Positions 62,200 through 64,000 of a DNA stretch of 64,000 bases are shown here, piece after piece; positions within the stretch are counted from its first letter, which is position 1; the number at the start of each line of letters is the position of its first letter. The DNA comes from Lama guanicoe. Taxonomy: Eukaryota. The translations under genes and the position numbers were made by a program. The stretch spans positions 13,104,174 to 13,168,173 of the forward strand of contig MU054693.1 in assembly GCA_013239625.1 (NCBI GenBank), in the 5' to 3' direction. Under the pieces are notes generated by a model that worked only from the letters and a program-made list of their open reading frames with translations, ran no database searches and had not been told where the DNA came from.

Positions 62200-63320
62200 G
62201 CCACCCAGGGGATCTTACACCACAAGTATCTATTCGTGGTCTCACTGCTTTAGGCTTCCTTCCCACCCTGTACATTCTTCACAAAGAATTCAACATGATC
62301 TCATTAAACTATAAATCAGATCTTTGTCCCTTCGCTTTCTAAGATCCTTCATCCATCACACTTAGAATGAAATGTGGACTCCTCGCGGTGGCCCGCCAGG
62401 CCCTGCGTGACCTGCCCCTGCTCACCTCCCCAGTCTGCTTTTCTTCTTCCTCACCAGGCTCCAGCTGCTGGTCTGTTTCCTTTTTCCTTCCCCGCCTCCC
62501 CCCACCCCCTGCAACATTCCAAATTCTTTCTTGCCTCTCAGTCTTTTTACTTGCCCTCCTTGCGACCTAGAATATTCTTCTCCCTAACTATTCGTAAGAC
62601 TGGCCCTTTTTCATCTCTCATGTCTAAGGTTGAATGCGATGTCTTCAAAGACACCTTCCCTGACTGCCCTTGCTGAAGCAGCTCCCTGCTGCCATCCCCA
62701 CCAAGTCACCCTCTGCTTGTTTCCTCTGTGATAGTCTTCGTTATCCGAGCTCACCGTGTCTAAGCCAGGCCAAGTTCCTAGCGGGCAGGAACCCCGTTCA
62801 CCACTAGATGTCCTAATGCCCAGAAAACTACCTGTCACCTTGAAAGTTGCCCACTCTATGTGGTTAATGAATAAATGAACAGGTTCATACAATAGAGGCT
62901 TATGGAGTATCTACCATGCGCATTGCAGTGGGTACCCTGGAGGCAAGGAGATGAATTAGTCACAGCATCTACTAGGAAGGGTTTTACAGACTTAGAGAGA
63001 AGGCGATTCTACTCACTGATAATGAACAAATACAATTCCAGTGCTATTTAGACGTGACTGGAATCACAGGAAAGAGGTAGATAAAATGATGTGGGGGATT
63101 GTACGGGAGAGGTTAACTCCAAATAGAGTCAGAGCCTGGGAGAAATAGGCAGGAGTTCCTCAAAGGCAGAAAGAGAAGGGTAAGTTTGCCTGCTGGGCAG
63201 TGAGCTCCAGGAGGACAGGGGCTCTGACCACGGTGTTCAGTGTCTTATCCTGGGTTAAGAAAGGCTCCTGGCTCATAGCAGGGATTTGATGACTATATAT
63301 TGAATGAATAAACAAATATA
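62200..63320. mobile_element. L2 fragments in mixed orientation (+ 62200-62880, - 62884-63130, + 63190-63320)
   Basis: 'aaactataaatcagatc', tail 'ttaatgaataaatgaac', antisense 'ttatggagtatctaccatg', second tail 'tatattgaatgaataaacaaat'. Confidence 0.65.
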
Positions 63321-63721
63321 TAAGTGAACCATTACAATAACCATTTCTAACATATTTTAAAATGTGCTCGTGTCCAAACTTAATGGGAAAAACAGTCCCC
63401 TGTTCTTGTCATACTCCATTTACAATAATAGTTTCCTTTCACTTCTATTAAAGCAAGGAAGCACCCTCTTCCTCTACCTGCACCCACTCAGATTCCAGGA
63501 TTATTGTTTTGGCAAGAAATTAGCACTGAAGGAGAAGTCAGCCCTCATCCCTCCGCGTCCTATCTTCAGAGACGGAATGGGGCCTGAAAATCCTAGGGGA
63601 GCGCAGACCTTCCTGTGCTCAGATCTGACTGTGGCCGGAAAGAGAAATGAAGGTGCCCACATAGGGGGAGTAGCTATGGGGATGAAGGAGAAACCTTTAC
63701 AACTTCTGTCCACATGATTCA

Positions 63722-64000
63722 TTTTTCACAGCTTTATTGAGGTTTAACTTACACGCCACAAAAATCACTAATTTCAAGTATGAACCAATCAATGATTTGT
63801 ATAGTCAGTTTATAATGTTGTGCAACCATCACACAGTACAATCTTAGAACATCCCACCAGCCCCTAGAATCTCTCACGGCCACTGTGGTCAATCCCCGTT
63901 CCCACCTCAAGCCTCAGGCAACCACTGATCTGCCTTCTGTCTCTATAGATAAAGCTTCCCCGGCCATTTCATATAAATGGAATCATGCAAGTCTGCACCG
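63722..64000 (-). mobile_element. L1MB/L1ME1-like 3' end, runs off the window
   Basis: 'acagctttattgagg', 'gttgtgcaaccatcac', 'ggcaaccactgatctgccttctgtctctatagat', 'catttcatataaatggaatcat'. Confidence 0.88.

Noticed and set aside
1-64000. A novel multi-gene system, CRISPR array or prokaryote-style operon
   Set aside because: This is mammalian repeat-rich DNA. There is no repeat-spacer periodicity, the ORFs are short and overlapping as expected by chance, and none has recognisable non-L1 homology.

Overview
This is mammalian, repeat-rich, non-coding DNA (intronic or intergenic). It is most likely camelid (alpaca or camel), based on a Vic-1-like tRNA-derived SINE and young camelid-type L1 3' ends. 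I recognise no protein-coding gene, structural RNA gene, CpG-island promoter or CRISPR-like system. The only ORFs with recognisable homology are decayed LINE-1 ORF1/ORF2 pieces. The window is a mosaic of ancient MIR, L2, L3/CR1, MaLR/ERV solo LTRs, hAT MITEs and L1s, with a few repeat-free islands that could be enhancers or non-coding exons. Family names come from recalled consensus sequences, not from a RepeatMasker run, and old-repeat boundaries are approximate. I found no new biological system. The best observations are repair and retrotransposition scars: (1) an ancient L1 with both termini and a TSD, whose ORF2 core is deleted and bridged by a tail-less young L1 fragment (17700-17850); (2) an inverted young L1 spanning an assembly gap (40484-41315); (3) an exact 35-bp copy displaced 693 bp; (4) a 58-bp tandem duplication; (5) a perfect 24-bp palindrome inside an old LTR. 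There are also two speculative frame-preserving exon candidates.
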